Source: Eledone cirrhosa
Lineage: Eukaryota
Direction of reading: 5' to 3'
Length of the DNA stretch: 64,000 nucleotides
Assembly (NCBI GenBank): GCA_964016885.1
Contig: OZ024745.1
Location: 113,522,001 to 113,586,000 of the forward strand
The notes under the pieces were generated by a model. The model made no database searches. It saw only the letters and a list, made by a program, of their open reading frames with translations, and was not told the origin of the DNA. How positions within the stretch are numbered: the first letter of the stretch is position 1; each line of letters begins with the position of its first letter. This document shows, in pieces, positions 41,770 to 54,661 of this stretch. A program made the position numbers and the translations under genes.

Positions 41770-42545
41770 ACTTTTTTTTAAAACTCATTTAATATAATTG
41801 TTACAGAACGAAAACACTAACAAATATAATATATACAAAGGAAAGGGAAAGGAAAAAAAAGAAAGAGAAAAATACACAAACAGGTAATACACACATTTTA
41901 GGCTACAGAACAATATACAGGCGAAAGGGGTGGACAAACGAACCGCTACCAGAGCAACAGATAACAATATAGCGAGGAGCACTGGTAAACCTCTCTAATA
42001 ATTGTTGAGACATGCCAGCACGCTCGCAGCGTTACCTGCGGTGATGGCCAGGCTGAGGTGCTGGGACAACCAAGTGCCCTCACAAGCATCACCAGTTACC
42101 TCTGTTTTGTGAGATGCCAGTGCAGATAAGAATCTCCGAGGATCATGAATCTTGAGTAATGACCAAAAGAATACAATTGCAAAGCATTACCAGTTACCTC
42201 TGTTTGGTGAGCCGCCAGTGAAGATAAGAATCTCGCTGTCAGTAGCCCGACTCCCCCAAACGTCTCGAACACCACAGTCTGGATAATGTAGTTAGCTGAC
42301 AGAACACGGTATTTTAGGATTTTGTTCCGTTCTGCTGCGGATGCTGTAGCTCTCGCCCTTACAGCCGCATCCAGAATGTGGGAAGAAGCAAAAGAGTCAC
42401 TAACTGTGACGTCCCAGGTAAGGCACCTGCCTCTTCACCAGAAGCACAGAGTAAAACCGTCAAGTCTTTTCCCATCAATTCAGGACAGCCGAAACGGTTC
42501 CAAAATTGAGGGGATGTTTGCCCGGGCCAAAGCTCTTGAGTGGTA
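41770..42545 (-). mobile_element. CRE-like non-LTR 3' fragment with PD-(D/E)xK endonuclease
   Basis: RALARANIPSILEP..DGKRLDGFTL..GRCLTWDVTVSDS..AAERNKILKY..FETFGG..TGDACEGTWLSQHLSLAITAGNAASV; A-rich tail at ~41735-41780. Confidence 0.8.
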
Positions 42546-42724
42546 ATAGGACAGTCTGTGTATGTGCGCACGCGTGAGTTTGTCGGCGCTCTTAAATTAG
42601 AGACACGTGTGTGTATGTCACTGTTTTAAGTTAGACATATATATGTATCCCTTTCCTTCCTTTTACACACACATACATTCACACAAACACACATACACAT
42701 TGTGTGATGGACGGGTGGTCAGAA

Positions 42725-43390
42725 GTCCCTCAAATTTATATAAATGTGAATGGAGTTCTACTGAAGCAGTTAGAGAAGTTAAAATATCTTCGAGCCTTGT
42801 TCATGAGAGATGGAATGCAGGAGGCTGAATTAAGTGCAAGAATTGCAAAAGCTGATGCAGTCATGCCCCTGTCTCAGCATTCAGCAATCAGAAGAAGCGG
42901 GGTAGGTGTAAAAGCCAAACTCGCTGTCTTCTTGGTATTCCTGCCAACTCTTACTGAGGATCATAATTCTTGAGTAATTACCAAAAGAATACAATTGCAA
43001 ATAAAAGTGGAAGAAATGGGATTCCTCCGAAGTGTCTTTGGAGTAACGTTACTCGATAAAGTGCATAACTCAGAGACCAGAGAGTTACTCCTGGTAGAGC
43101 CGCTACTTCTCTGAATTGAGAGATCACAACTCCGATATTATGAGTATGTGGTTAGAATGTCTCAGTAAAGAATCGCTGGACACATTTTACAGGCAAAACC
43201 AACCGACAAGAGACCCAGAGGAAGACCCTGAGCAAGATAGTTGGAAAACATCCATGAGCTTGGCTGGTCTCGCTTTGGGATCCAGCTGGATCAGTTAGAG
43301 ATGTTTGCTACTGACAGACTCGCTGGAAGGAGTGTTTGAGAAGGACTCTGCCCCCACGACTCTCTCAGAAATAATCGGGTGAAGAAGATA
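42725..43390 (+). mobile_element. RTE-clade LINE 3' fragment
   Basis: LKQLEKLKYLRALF..ELSARIAKA..KAKLAVF..PTLT..EMGFLRSVFGVTLLDKVHNSE..IERSQLRYY..KRPRGRP, with stops. Confidence 0.85.
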
Positions 43391-45923
43391 TTGTCAATTT
43401 ACTTTTCAATTTACATATATCTATATGCATATATATTTGCGTATAATACCAATATGCACACTACATATGCCAGCAGAAAACCGTCCTCGCGCGGTTTTTC
43501 TGCTAGTCTGTATGAATACAGTGTGTAACCGTGACTGCACCAACGTGTATAAATATATATACATATTTAACATGTAGGCATGTAAACATCGAAAAAAATA
43601 CGAATTTCACTGTGAATTGAAAAAAAATAATACACACCCTAATGGGTATATATAAGAGGTAGAAGGGAAAAGAAAAAGAAAAGACGGAGGGGGAAAGATG
43701 TTAAAGAGTGGTGAAGATGGGGAAAGAGAAGGAAGGGGATAAAGAGGGTAAGAAGTGGAGGGAGGAAAGACAGGTATGGGAAAGAGGAAGGGGTTTAAAG
43801 CAGGAGAAAAAGAGGGAAAGTGGTTGTGGGTAAAGTGGAAGGTAAAATGATTATTGTGGGTAAAGTGGTGGGTAAAATAATTATTCTGGGTAAAATAATT
43901 ATTGTGGGTATACAAAACGGATCCCCCCAAATAAACGGATACCCCCCAAATAAAAGACGGATCCCCCCAAATACAAACCGGCCCCCAACCCCCGCTCCCA
44001 AATAAAAAACGGATAATTATTTTACTCACCAATTTAATCACAATTTTACCCACCGTTTTACCCACCATTTATTTACACACCATTTACATTTTACCCACCA
44101 TTTTTACCCTCATTTTATCTACTTTTTATTTACCCACCATTTACATTTTACCCACCATTTATTTTACCCAAAATTTTACCCACCATTTAATAACAAAATA
44201 ACAAAATAAACAAGAAAAATGTATGCCTTTCATTATATTCACAGAAAATAAAGTATCTCTGCTTCATTGCCATTTAGTTAGCTGTGTCTGGTAGAAACAA
44301 TGTGTTTGTTCATAATAACTATTTAATTTTGTACTTATTGAATAATTTCAATCTGTAGATCAGTATTGTGTTTGTTTATATAGCCGTATCATCAGAAGCA
44401 ATTAGCACTTATTTTACCTCAGTTGCCATTTATCTGTAATTCCAAAGGACAAATATTCATATATTATTATTCATAAACGTTTAATTATTTCCCAATCGTT
44501 TGAAATGCAAAACCCTTTTCAAAGAATCTTTCAAAATGTTTCATTTTCAAACATTAATGAAATAATGTAATTATACTTATGTGTGAAATAATTGGTGTTA
44601 CATCGATGAAAAGCTCAAAAAGAAAATGGTATTTGGTTATTACATTAACCATTATTTATGTTACAACTCAGAAAATGACATTGTCCATTAACATAATCTT
44701 TTCCCTAGCTTGCAAAGCTTGTAAGAAGGAAAATATATATAATACGATATATCATCGTACGGTTGAATAATACTATTTGATTCTTCAGAAAATGTAACTT
44801 ATATAATGTTCTTGGAAACACTATGAATATAAAACCTATCAATTCCTTTAGGCGGTGAATTAGTAGAAGGTAGGAGGGAATTCCGTATAGTATTTTTCTG
44901 GCTCTCTACTCTCTGAATTCAAATCTCCCCAAAGTCTACTTTCTTTTTCATCTCGAGGTCGACAAAATGAAGTACTGTTGCTAGGAATTCGACTGGCAGA
45001 ATTATAAGGGTGATAATTGTTCTGGCGTTTTACTCGCTGAATTCGAATCAAGTTGTAGCCTATGGGGTTGGTAGTCTTACTTTATATCTTTGTTTAACAC
45101 TGTCACTTCACCCCTGGGTCATTTTTACATTATCCAGTATACCTTACATCTGAAATAGAGCAGATGGTTATATGGAATGCTTTCTAACATAAGTTTTTTT
45201 ATTAGGTCTGATCGACTTCTAAACAAGAAAAATTATACTACCTTAGATATACTTAGATATCTTTGTTTTGATATATATTTACCCACTTATTATTTTTTGA
45301 CTGCAAAGTTTCAGCACAAGTTTTCAATGCTTAGAATGAGCTCTAGGTGCAATTCCATGTTCATAAGGATTTTGTTGTATTGTATGCTTGAACAGTAGGA
45401 AGGAAGATGTTTATATACCACACCCAATGTTCTAATGCTATGTGTTTCTGAACATACTGCAGTATTTCCAGTCCTCAGTCCCCACTGATCCACCAGAGTG
45501 GCCCGTTATTATTAAGTAGCTTTCATCCATGCAGAATGCATTCATGGATTGATTTATTGTATATTCTGTTCATATTTCTTACAAGTCGAGTCACTGTTTA
45601 GATGTTTCTCCATTCTTATTGTTTTGTTTATTTAACTATTAGATTATATATTATGTGGGTTATGTTATTGTATTGAATGGTGATAGTGTTTCGTGTGCGG
45701 TGTATAATATTATAGGGAAATGATTGTGCCGAGAATGTACTGTAATTTGTAAAATACAAACATTTAAATACTCATAGAAAATAATACAAATAATGATTTC
45801 TTTTTTACTTTTCAGCTCTATGCCAAAATGGGGTAGCGAAATAAAGAAGACCGAAGACAATATGCTACATAGGATCCTTGAGGTGGGAGATTTTCCGTAG
45901 AAACCCACCAGAAAATTTTCACG

Positions 45924-46263
45924 ATGCCTTTTCCCTGTTTAAAACCCCGTCGGTCTTCCAAGGTCTTCCCTGCGCCAAATGCCAGTCTCGATGTAGATTT
46001 GGTGGAAGTTCGCAAAGGGCGGGTTTTGCGGATACAGCATATTAATCCACGCATGCGTAATAAACAACTTCCGCAAGCAAAGCAGATCAAAAATTCATCG
46101 CTTCCACCAGTAGAACTTCGTGTGCCACGCGTGAACTTCTACGGCAACAAATGTGTCGTCGCGGACCCTAATGCAAATCAAAACAACGTTCGAAATGGCT
46201 TCAAGATAGCTGCCTCCTCAAACTTCCCGGGACCTCAACATAAAAGACACATCCCATATGAAG
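45924..46263 (+). CDS. ABHD8: ABHD8-like alpha/beta hydrolase, first coding exon (exon probably starts at 45816 with 5' UTR)
   Basis: Acceptor ttttacttttcag ends 45815. In-frame TGA at 45879 precedes ATG 45924. DLVEVRKGRVLRIQH matches the ABHD8 N-terminal motif (recalled as FVEVKPGRVLRVKH). Donor G|gtagat at 46264, phase 1. Confidence 0.85.
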
Positions 46264-46362
46264 GTAGATACATTTTATTTATTTGTTTACATATATATTC
46301 ATATTCAGTGATGTATACATGTTTGCTTTGTATAATTGATCATTGCTTTACTATTATATGTA

Positions 46363-46555
46363 CGAGGGGGTGCTCAAAAGTTCCTTGTTATAAGAGTATC
46401 GCGAAGGGGTAGAGCTGTTACCTTTACAGAGAAAGTAGGACCGTTGCAATAACTGTGTGAACCAGAGCAGGGAATATGATAAATAAAATCATAATTAATG
46501 AAGCCCTTATTAATTTTCTTTTACCCAAAGCCAAGATTTTTTCAGTATCACCTCG
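46363..46555. mobile_element. Mariner-derived MITE in the ABHD8 intron after coding exon 1
   Basis: TA-cgagggggtgctcaaaag ... tttttcagtatcacctcg-TA; imperfect TIRs with TA duplication. Confidence 0.65.
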
Positions 46556-47566
46556 TAATATCGAATACTTATTTTATCAATGCTTCCTGAATAAGGTACT
46601 TCCTGGACATAATATAACATAACTATTTCATATTTCATCTGCTTCCTGAACAGCTAGCTTCACAATGATGGAGTTGTAAGTTAACAGTTTGTGGTTACTT
46701 GGCATATCATGTAAATATGATTGGGAAATCTGTAAACAAAATTTCGCATTATTCGTGTTTATGTCAACCATTTTAGCTTAGGTTATATATCAATTAGACC
46801 AAGGAAAAGTGGTAGTTATCACAATTTTTCCAATCCAACAAAATTTTCATTGACTTTGAGTCAATACTACCTTAAGCAGAAGTAGGACGAGAACAATAGA
46901 ATGAGACTTGATGCATTGGGCGATACGCATCCTCTTAGTTCAGGGTGATATGCATTATGGTAAATAATCTAACAGGGTTGACATTCTAGTGTTGATGCCG
47001 TTGTTGTTGTCCATATTATTAATCATTTATTTCAACTTATTAATTTATTGCGCTTTCAAGGCTTTTGATGCTGACTTCAAATATTGTATTATTTTATTTG
47101 TTACATTTTAAAGAATCCTGAAGCTATATTTCATTTCGACAGAGAATACTAATTAAATGAAAGTCTCAAAAGCGTAGCTGCGGGAGCATTAGCTTTGTAC
47201 TTCGATAATTAAACAAGACACCGTATAAAATATTTCTCAATATAAAATTTTCACACACTGTTTTCAGGTGAGAACCTTGCTAATTAATCAGTGGTTAATT
47301 AGATTTAGATTCGAAATCATTGACACTTCTATAATCATACTATTTCTTATAGTTATTCATCGATAACCTATTTATCATTATCGATAGAATGAAAACACGA
47401 CAGAGAAGAAAATGAGAGAGAGGGAATAAAGAGATGAGAGATGGGTCCGAAGTGAAGAGATATTATTTTTCATTAGATGCTATTTGATTATTGTATTTTG
47501 TTATTCAATTATTTATTCAACGTCACATTGTTAAATTGAAATGAATCTCGTCATTTTATATTCCAG

Positions 47567-47903
47567 GAGGCAAGGTGAGGTCGAATGTACTTTTTTCGGG
47601 GTTATCCAAAGACCAAAAGAGAATGCTCTTTAAAATGGGTATACGTTCAGCCTCAGCTTTGAAAAACATCGTTCTGTTCTTTTTTCATGGCGTCGGTGGT
47701 AGTTCCGATATTTGGCAGTCACAAATCAGTTATTTCTCCAGCCTCGGTTTCGAAATTGTAGCCCCTGATCTTATTGGTCATGGTATGAGTGAAATTCCAT
47801 TAAAAAAGAGGGCTTACCATTTCCGAGAGATTTTGGCTGATGTCCTTGCAATTTTCGATAGATATTGCAAGAAGAAAAATTTAATCATCGGGCATTCATA
47901 TGG
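47567..47903 (+). CDS. ABHD8: ABHD8-like, coding exon 2 (oxyanion HGVGG motif and nucleophile GHSYG motif)
   Basis: Acceptor ttttatattccag ends 47566 and is phase-compatible with exon 1 (G+GA). Encodes VLFFFHGVGGSSDIWQSQISYFSSLGFEIVAPDLIGHG...RYCKKKNLIIGHSYG. Donor GG|gtaagt at 47904. Confidence 0.95.
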
Positions 47904-48918
47904 GTAAGTACAAAACAATTCAATTATTTTTGAGAGTGTCAAATTAAAATCAAAATAAATCAATAAAACAATAAAACTATAAATCAATAAAACTATATTT
48001 TAAGAATGCCATTATGTGTTGTATATGTACTGTAAACACAAAATGTATTCCGTTTCATAAAGATGAATTATTAGTCCAATTTCATTAAATGTTTTAATGG
48101 GAATACTTTAAATATTCTTCGCTTTCTCAGTTAAACAGTTTGCAATTGAATTACAACACATATTCTGTTTTAAATAGCTTAGACAAGACAGACAGTGCCT
48201 ATGACATTTACCCATTCTCCTGTACATGTTATATTAATGTATAACTTAGTCTATTTTAGAATGTATCAGAGTAACATATTTCTTTTAATACACATTAGAA
48301 ACAGAACGTTTTATACCGTATCATTTTGAAAAGAAAATTATATTTTATAACCGTTGCAAAATTCTCGCCGTGTAGGTTTTATTTGTGTATTATTGTTAAC
48401 ATAATTTCCTGAATAATCAGGACAACTTAATAAGTGCAAAAAGTATATTCAATTCTTAAGAGCTGTGTACTATAGCAAACATAATTACCCACCACAAGCA
48501 ACTGATTGACAAGGATCAATTTATCTTCTATAAATCACTTTCCCAAAAGGAATTATTCAAAAAATGCTGCATGCCATAGATTATTATCATATCTGTTGGT
48601 GACATTAACGTTTCACCAGCTTAACATTTAAAAAAAACGGAGATAAACACCAACTGTGCGCATTGAGATTTGAAATCAGATTATAGGACTTAGCTAATTA
48701 TTATTATAGCAATAATTTTATTTACATCCTAGACGATCCGGTGTATAATAAAATATGATTCACCCATTAACAGATATTTATTAAGAAAAACGGAAAATTT
48801 GGATTATAACAACGGGCAGTATACTCATCTAATTTTGGTGATAATTATGTAAATCAACTACCATCCATTCTTTACGATAAAATAACATTATAACATGTGG
48901 GGAAACAATTATTTAGAA

Positions 48919-50100
48919 CTAGCAGCAGTACCCAGCGTTGCCTGCATAGGTAAAATAATATCTGCTTTGATGAAAAGGTGTTGATCTTAGCGACTGCTTC
49001 TCAATGATTCATCTATGGCCACACACAGGCCATGCGGGGGGGGGGGGGGGGGGTGATGGCCCTTTATCACTGAGAAACGCGGGTGACTGACGAAGGGGCA
49101 TGCTGGGGGAGGGAGGTAATGTCCTCTAACACTAAGCCAAATTTCCTGACGCTACTTGATTGGAAACCGATGAATTCTCAAATACACAACTAAAAGCTCA
49201 GACAACGTCAGTGGCCATCGTTTTGTCTTTGACCATCTATAAGATGTGCAATGATAGGTTCTATCGTAGTATAAAAGTTGAACTAAATAAATTGATTTAT
49301 GTGTGAGGTGGAGCCGAAGTTTCGAATTTGAACGAAATCGGTTGAAAAATGTGGGAGCTAATGATAGGTCGCTGTCCCTGAACAAAAAATGCAAAGTGTA
49401 AAGCTACTATAAGATGTGCAACGATAGGCTCTATCGTAGTATAAAAGTTGAACCAAATAAATTGATTTATGTGTGAGGTGGAGCTGAAGTTTCGAATTTG
49501 AACGAAATCGGTTGAAAAATGTGGGTGCTACAGCCGAAAAGGCGGAAATTTGAGCGAAAAGGTGGTATTTTCGAATATTTAAGCGGCTGCCACGCTGTTC
49601 CTGAGCAAAGAAATCCAAAATATAAAGCCACTTTAAGACGTGAAATAATCAGATCTATCGTAGTGTAAAATTTGAACAAAGTAGGTTGATTAATGTGGGA
49701 GCTAGAGCCGAAAAAATGGAAATTTGAGTCTAAAAGTGGTATTTATGAATATTTAAGCGGCTGCCATGCCGTCCCTGAAGAAAGAAATGCAAAATATAAA
49801 GCCATTACAGAATGTGCAATGATAAATTTTATTTTGCTTTAAAATTTGAACGAAATCGGTGGCAAAATGTGGGAGCTAGAGGCAAAAATCTAAACAAAGG
49901 TGACCCCCTCTCCCCCACTATCGATTTTTATCTGCAGAATGACCCCGGAATAAGAAAACGAAACGCTGATATATAGAAAGCACTCCCCGATGACTAATCT
50001 ATGAGCATGTAAAGTTTCATAAAAATCGGTCGTAAGATGTAGGCCCCTATAGGTAATATACAGACACACACACACATACTTAATTTTATATATATACAGA
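48919..50100 (-). mobile_element. Non-autonomous Helitron-like element with internal ~170-180 bp tandem repeats
   Basis: - strand starts TC at 50100 after an A and ends CTAG at 48919 before a T. Imperfect subterminal GC hairpin. Internal repeats (atttgaacgaaatcggttgaaaaatgtggg) across 49235-49880. Confidence 0.7.
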
Positions 50101-50415
50101 TATTAACAACATATTCACCAGATGAATATTCATAATGTATATTTGCATTATAATTCAGATCATTTTATATTGTTGTTATTTTCAAAGAAATATATGACAA
50201 TTTACTCTGGCTATAAGTAATTTAGTTATTGTACATTGATAATTGTACATTCACGTATATATATATATATATATATACATACATAGAAGCAACAATGATC
50301 ACATGCATAAGTGTGTATGTGACGTCATTAAAACATACATTTAGGTATACAAATATACATATACAAATATATGATACACACACAGATATATATATGCATA
50401 CATATATTTATATAC

Positions 50416-50448
<33 letters not shown>

Positions 50449-50505
50449 CATACATACACATATATATATATATATGTCTGTGTGTGTGTATGTATGTATA
50501 TATTG

Positions 50506-50552
<47 letters not shown>

Positions 50553-50557
<5 letters not shown>

Positions 50558-50742
50558 AAAAGAGTCAGGAACCCGACGCCTGAGTTCCAGCAGTTTCGAC
50601 AGTTAGATGTGTCTAGCTGTCGAAACGGCCGGAGTTCAGCCGTGCGGGCCCTGACTATTTTCCTATTACCCACTCTACTATCCTAAGTATTGAGTACTCT
50701 GGTGCGTTATGGTCCACCTGGTATCTTACCACACCCTTTTTG

Positions 50743-50743
<1 letters not shown>
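50553..50743 (+). mobile_element. Family B fold-back element (diverged) in ABHD8 intron
   Basis: Inverted repeat 50553-50665 and the same 3' tail ctactatcctaagtattgagtactctggtgcgttatggtcc. Confidence 0.65.
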
Positions 50744-50787
<44 letters not shown>

Positions 50788-50899
50788 CACGTTAATACCC
50801 TTTTTCTACTCTACCAAACATAAAACTAATATGTTTTTCGTTGTACTGTATCGCTTGCTTTGTTATTTCTGTTTACTTTTCACATACATACATACATAT

Positions 50900-50960
<61 letters not shown>

Positions 50961-51319
50961 ACTACTTCTCAAATCCATACGCTGATGATAATCCCGATAT
51001 CAGCGACAATAAAAAATATCAAGCACCACAAAGTTTAAGGATGAATACTTCCATGAAAAATGCCGATAGAAATAAACCAGTCTATTTAATCATAATTTGT
51101 GACTTTTCTAACTTAGCGCAACAGAAATGGGATAGCTATTTAATATAACACACGGCTACTCTAATCATATTTATCTGTTCGATAGATATTTTAAGTATTG
51201 GATACATACAGAAAAAAAGGGATCCTCAAAAGGCGCGATGTTGTTGAACGTTCTTAGATTTTGAATTTCATTATAGTTTGATATTTATCTAATACATTAT
51301 TTCTATTTCTATTTTATAG

Positions 51320-51487
51320 ATGTGCTTTCACCACAGTACTGGCTCGTGAACGTGCCAGGCGTGTATGGAGGCTTATCATGATAAGTGGTGGTGGACCAAT
51401 ACCTCTTGCACCGGAAATTGGGATTTTCGCTCTACCTTTATGGATCGTTTCATGCATCCGACCATGTCTGGATCAGGTCTTTGAAAA
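51320..51487 (+). CDS. ABHD8: ABHD8-like, coding exon 3 (absent from the ORF track)
   Basis: Acceptor ttctattttatag ends 51319. GG+A completes Gly, then CAFTTVLARERARRVWRLIMISGGGPIPLAPEIGIFALPLWIVSCIRPCLDQVFE, resembling ABHD8 (recalled as VIMINGGGPTALEP...CLSPCL). Donor AA|gtaata at 51488. Confidence 0.9.
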
Positions 51488-52011
51488 GTAATATTTTTTA
51501 TCTTTTTAATTATTCTTAAAAACTATCACTACTATATTTTTTCCCTTTTAGTATTTTGTTCTGAAGCGGTCGCATGACGATGGGGAAAAGAGCCTTTCCA
51601 AGCAGTGTAGACATAAATATTACAAATATACGCTCTATAGATAAGAGTGATAGATTGTCAGATCAACAAATCGTCTTACTCTTTCAAATGTTTTAAAACA
51701 TTTTTTTATTTAATCTATTACATATTGATTTTCCCGTACTGTTTTTCTCTATTAAACATTTAACGGCATCAATACATTGACCGATTTGGCTAAGTCCAAG
51801 ATTGTATTCACTATAAATAGCTAAATGGTAATAATCTCTCCATAGACAGCTAATCGGTAATAGTCTGAAGAAGATTAGAAACTAGTTGGGTTGAAGCTTG
51901 TATTTATTTAATTCTCACAGAGATAAAAAGATGTGGTTAAAACAATTTGTTTAATATTTGCAACGAAGATAAACTTAATTATATTTTCCACTTATATATA
52001 TATCTATAGAT

Positions 52012-52534
<523 letters not shown>

Positions 52535-53002
52535 CATGTGAATGTATATAAATTCAGATGCGTATATACATCCATATGCAAATTTGCCAATGTCGATATG
52601 TGGATACGAACATGAACATATATGTGTTAATTGTAATCTAGAAATTCTTAGACGGTGTCTTTCGTTTCAATTTATTTTCTTAATTTTGCCAAATTTCTTT
52701 ATTTGATAGCGAGAGACTGAGAGCAGTGAACCACGATTTGTCACTTTGATAATTAGATATTTTAGGTTTAGGTTTCACTTTTCAAAATAACAAGTTTTGC
52801 GATAGAAATACGATAAATATTAGTTATACACAGATAAACAGACGGGTATATCGACTAGGTGTCAGACAGATATATAAATACAAACTATAGCACATACATA
52901 CATTCACAAATACATACATACATACATACAAACATACATACATACATACATACATACATACATACATACATACATACATACATACATACATACATACATA
53001 CA

Positions 53003-53424
53003 TACATGGTGGCTGCCAACTCGTTTTCGAGTACGGCCACTACTTTATATCCATGTAGGAGAACCCCTACCGATGCGCTGAACGGGTGTGACTTTTTAGT
53101 CCAGCCAGCGACTTGAAAACTCTGGTACAGACACTATACTTGTGACAATTATTGACACATAGTGCTGGGCCCATGGTACCATGTGACGACAAGTGCAGAG
53201 AGATCTCCAGATATAAAGCAATGCCTGTGCCGTGAAGCTTTTATAGTGAGCAAAGGCACTGCACAAAGCCAGTCCCACTCTCTTAACCAAGACGATATTT
53301 ACCAAAAAGAAGAACAAGTCAACATCATTGGATACCATCAGGGTTGCAGGTGTTATATCAGCGTTTTCCTTCTCCTAGAATTCTGCCTTGACAAAGGCTA
53401 AGAGGTCATCTCTCCCGGTGATTT
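53003..53424 (-). mobile_element. Copy of the (ATGT)n-associated repeat (truncated copy at 53462-53621; diverged relatives at ~53700-53925 and ~54710-55050)
   Basis: Direct sequence similarity. Confidence 0.75.
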
Positions 53425-54120
53425 ATATATATACATATATATACAAATATATATACATACATACATGGTGGCTGCCAACTCGTTTTCGAGTACGGCCACT
53501 ACTTTATATCCATGTAGGAGAACCTCTACCGATGCGCTGAACGAGTGTGACTTTTTAGTCCAGCCAGCGACTTGAAAACTCTAGTACAAATACTACACTT
53601 GTGACAATTATTGACACAGTGCATGAGGGCTGCCCCCTCGTTAACGAGTATGGCCATTGCACGATATACCATTATTAATAATTATTAATTAATTCTATCG
53701 TGCAATGCCTGTGCGTGAAGATATTTTTTAAAGTGAGGAAAGACTGTGCACTGAGCCAATCCCACTCTCTGAGCGACAGTAACTATAACCCGAAAAAAAG
53801 AAACGATCCACATCATCGGTAACGACTAAGCCGCAGGTTTTATATCGGAGTTATCCCAGTTTCCTGAGTTGCCATCTCCTAGAAGAATGCCCTGTCAAAG
53901 GCTAGGGGTCCTTCACTCCCAGTGGTTTAACCGCGCGATCGGGTATCCAGCCTAATTATTTATATGTCCTCGCCTATACACACACATGCATACATGTTTT
54001 TACATATATACATATATATAAATATATATATATATATAAATATGCATGTGTATGTACGTATATATATATATATACATACACATGCATACATCTATATACA
54101 TATATACATACATACATATA

Positions 54121-54159
<39 letters not shown>

Positions 54160-54322
54160 GATAACAAGTTATCGTTATAGGTAATCCAGTTAGAGGTTGT
54201 GAGTACTCTGCGTCGTGGATAGTTTTAAAGTACGGCTTTGTTTGACTCAACAAGATGCTTCCATAGTTAGGCAGCGAGTTCGCGGTAATTCCTATGCAGG
54301 TTATACTTGGAGTAATAATAGT

Positions 54323-54661
<339 letters not shown>

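Noticed and set aside
43468-43508. Hairpin cagcagaaaaccg..cggtttttctgctagt as a terminator or Helitron end
   Set aside because: Eukaryotic context and no matching 5' end identified
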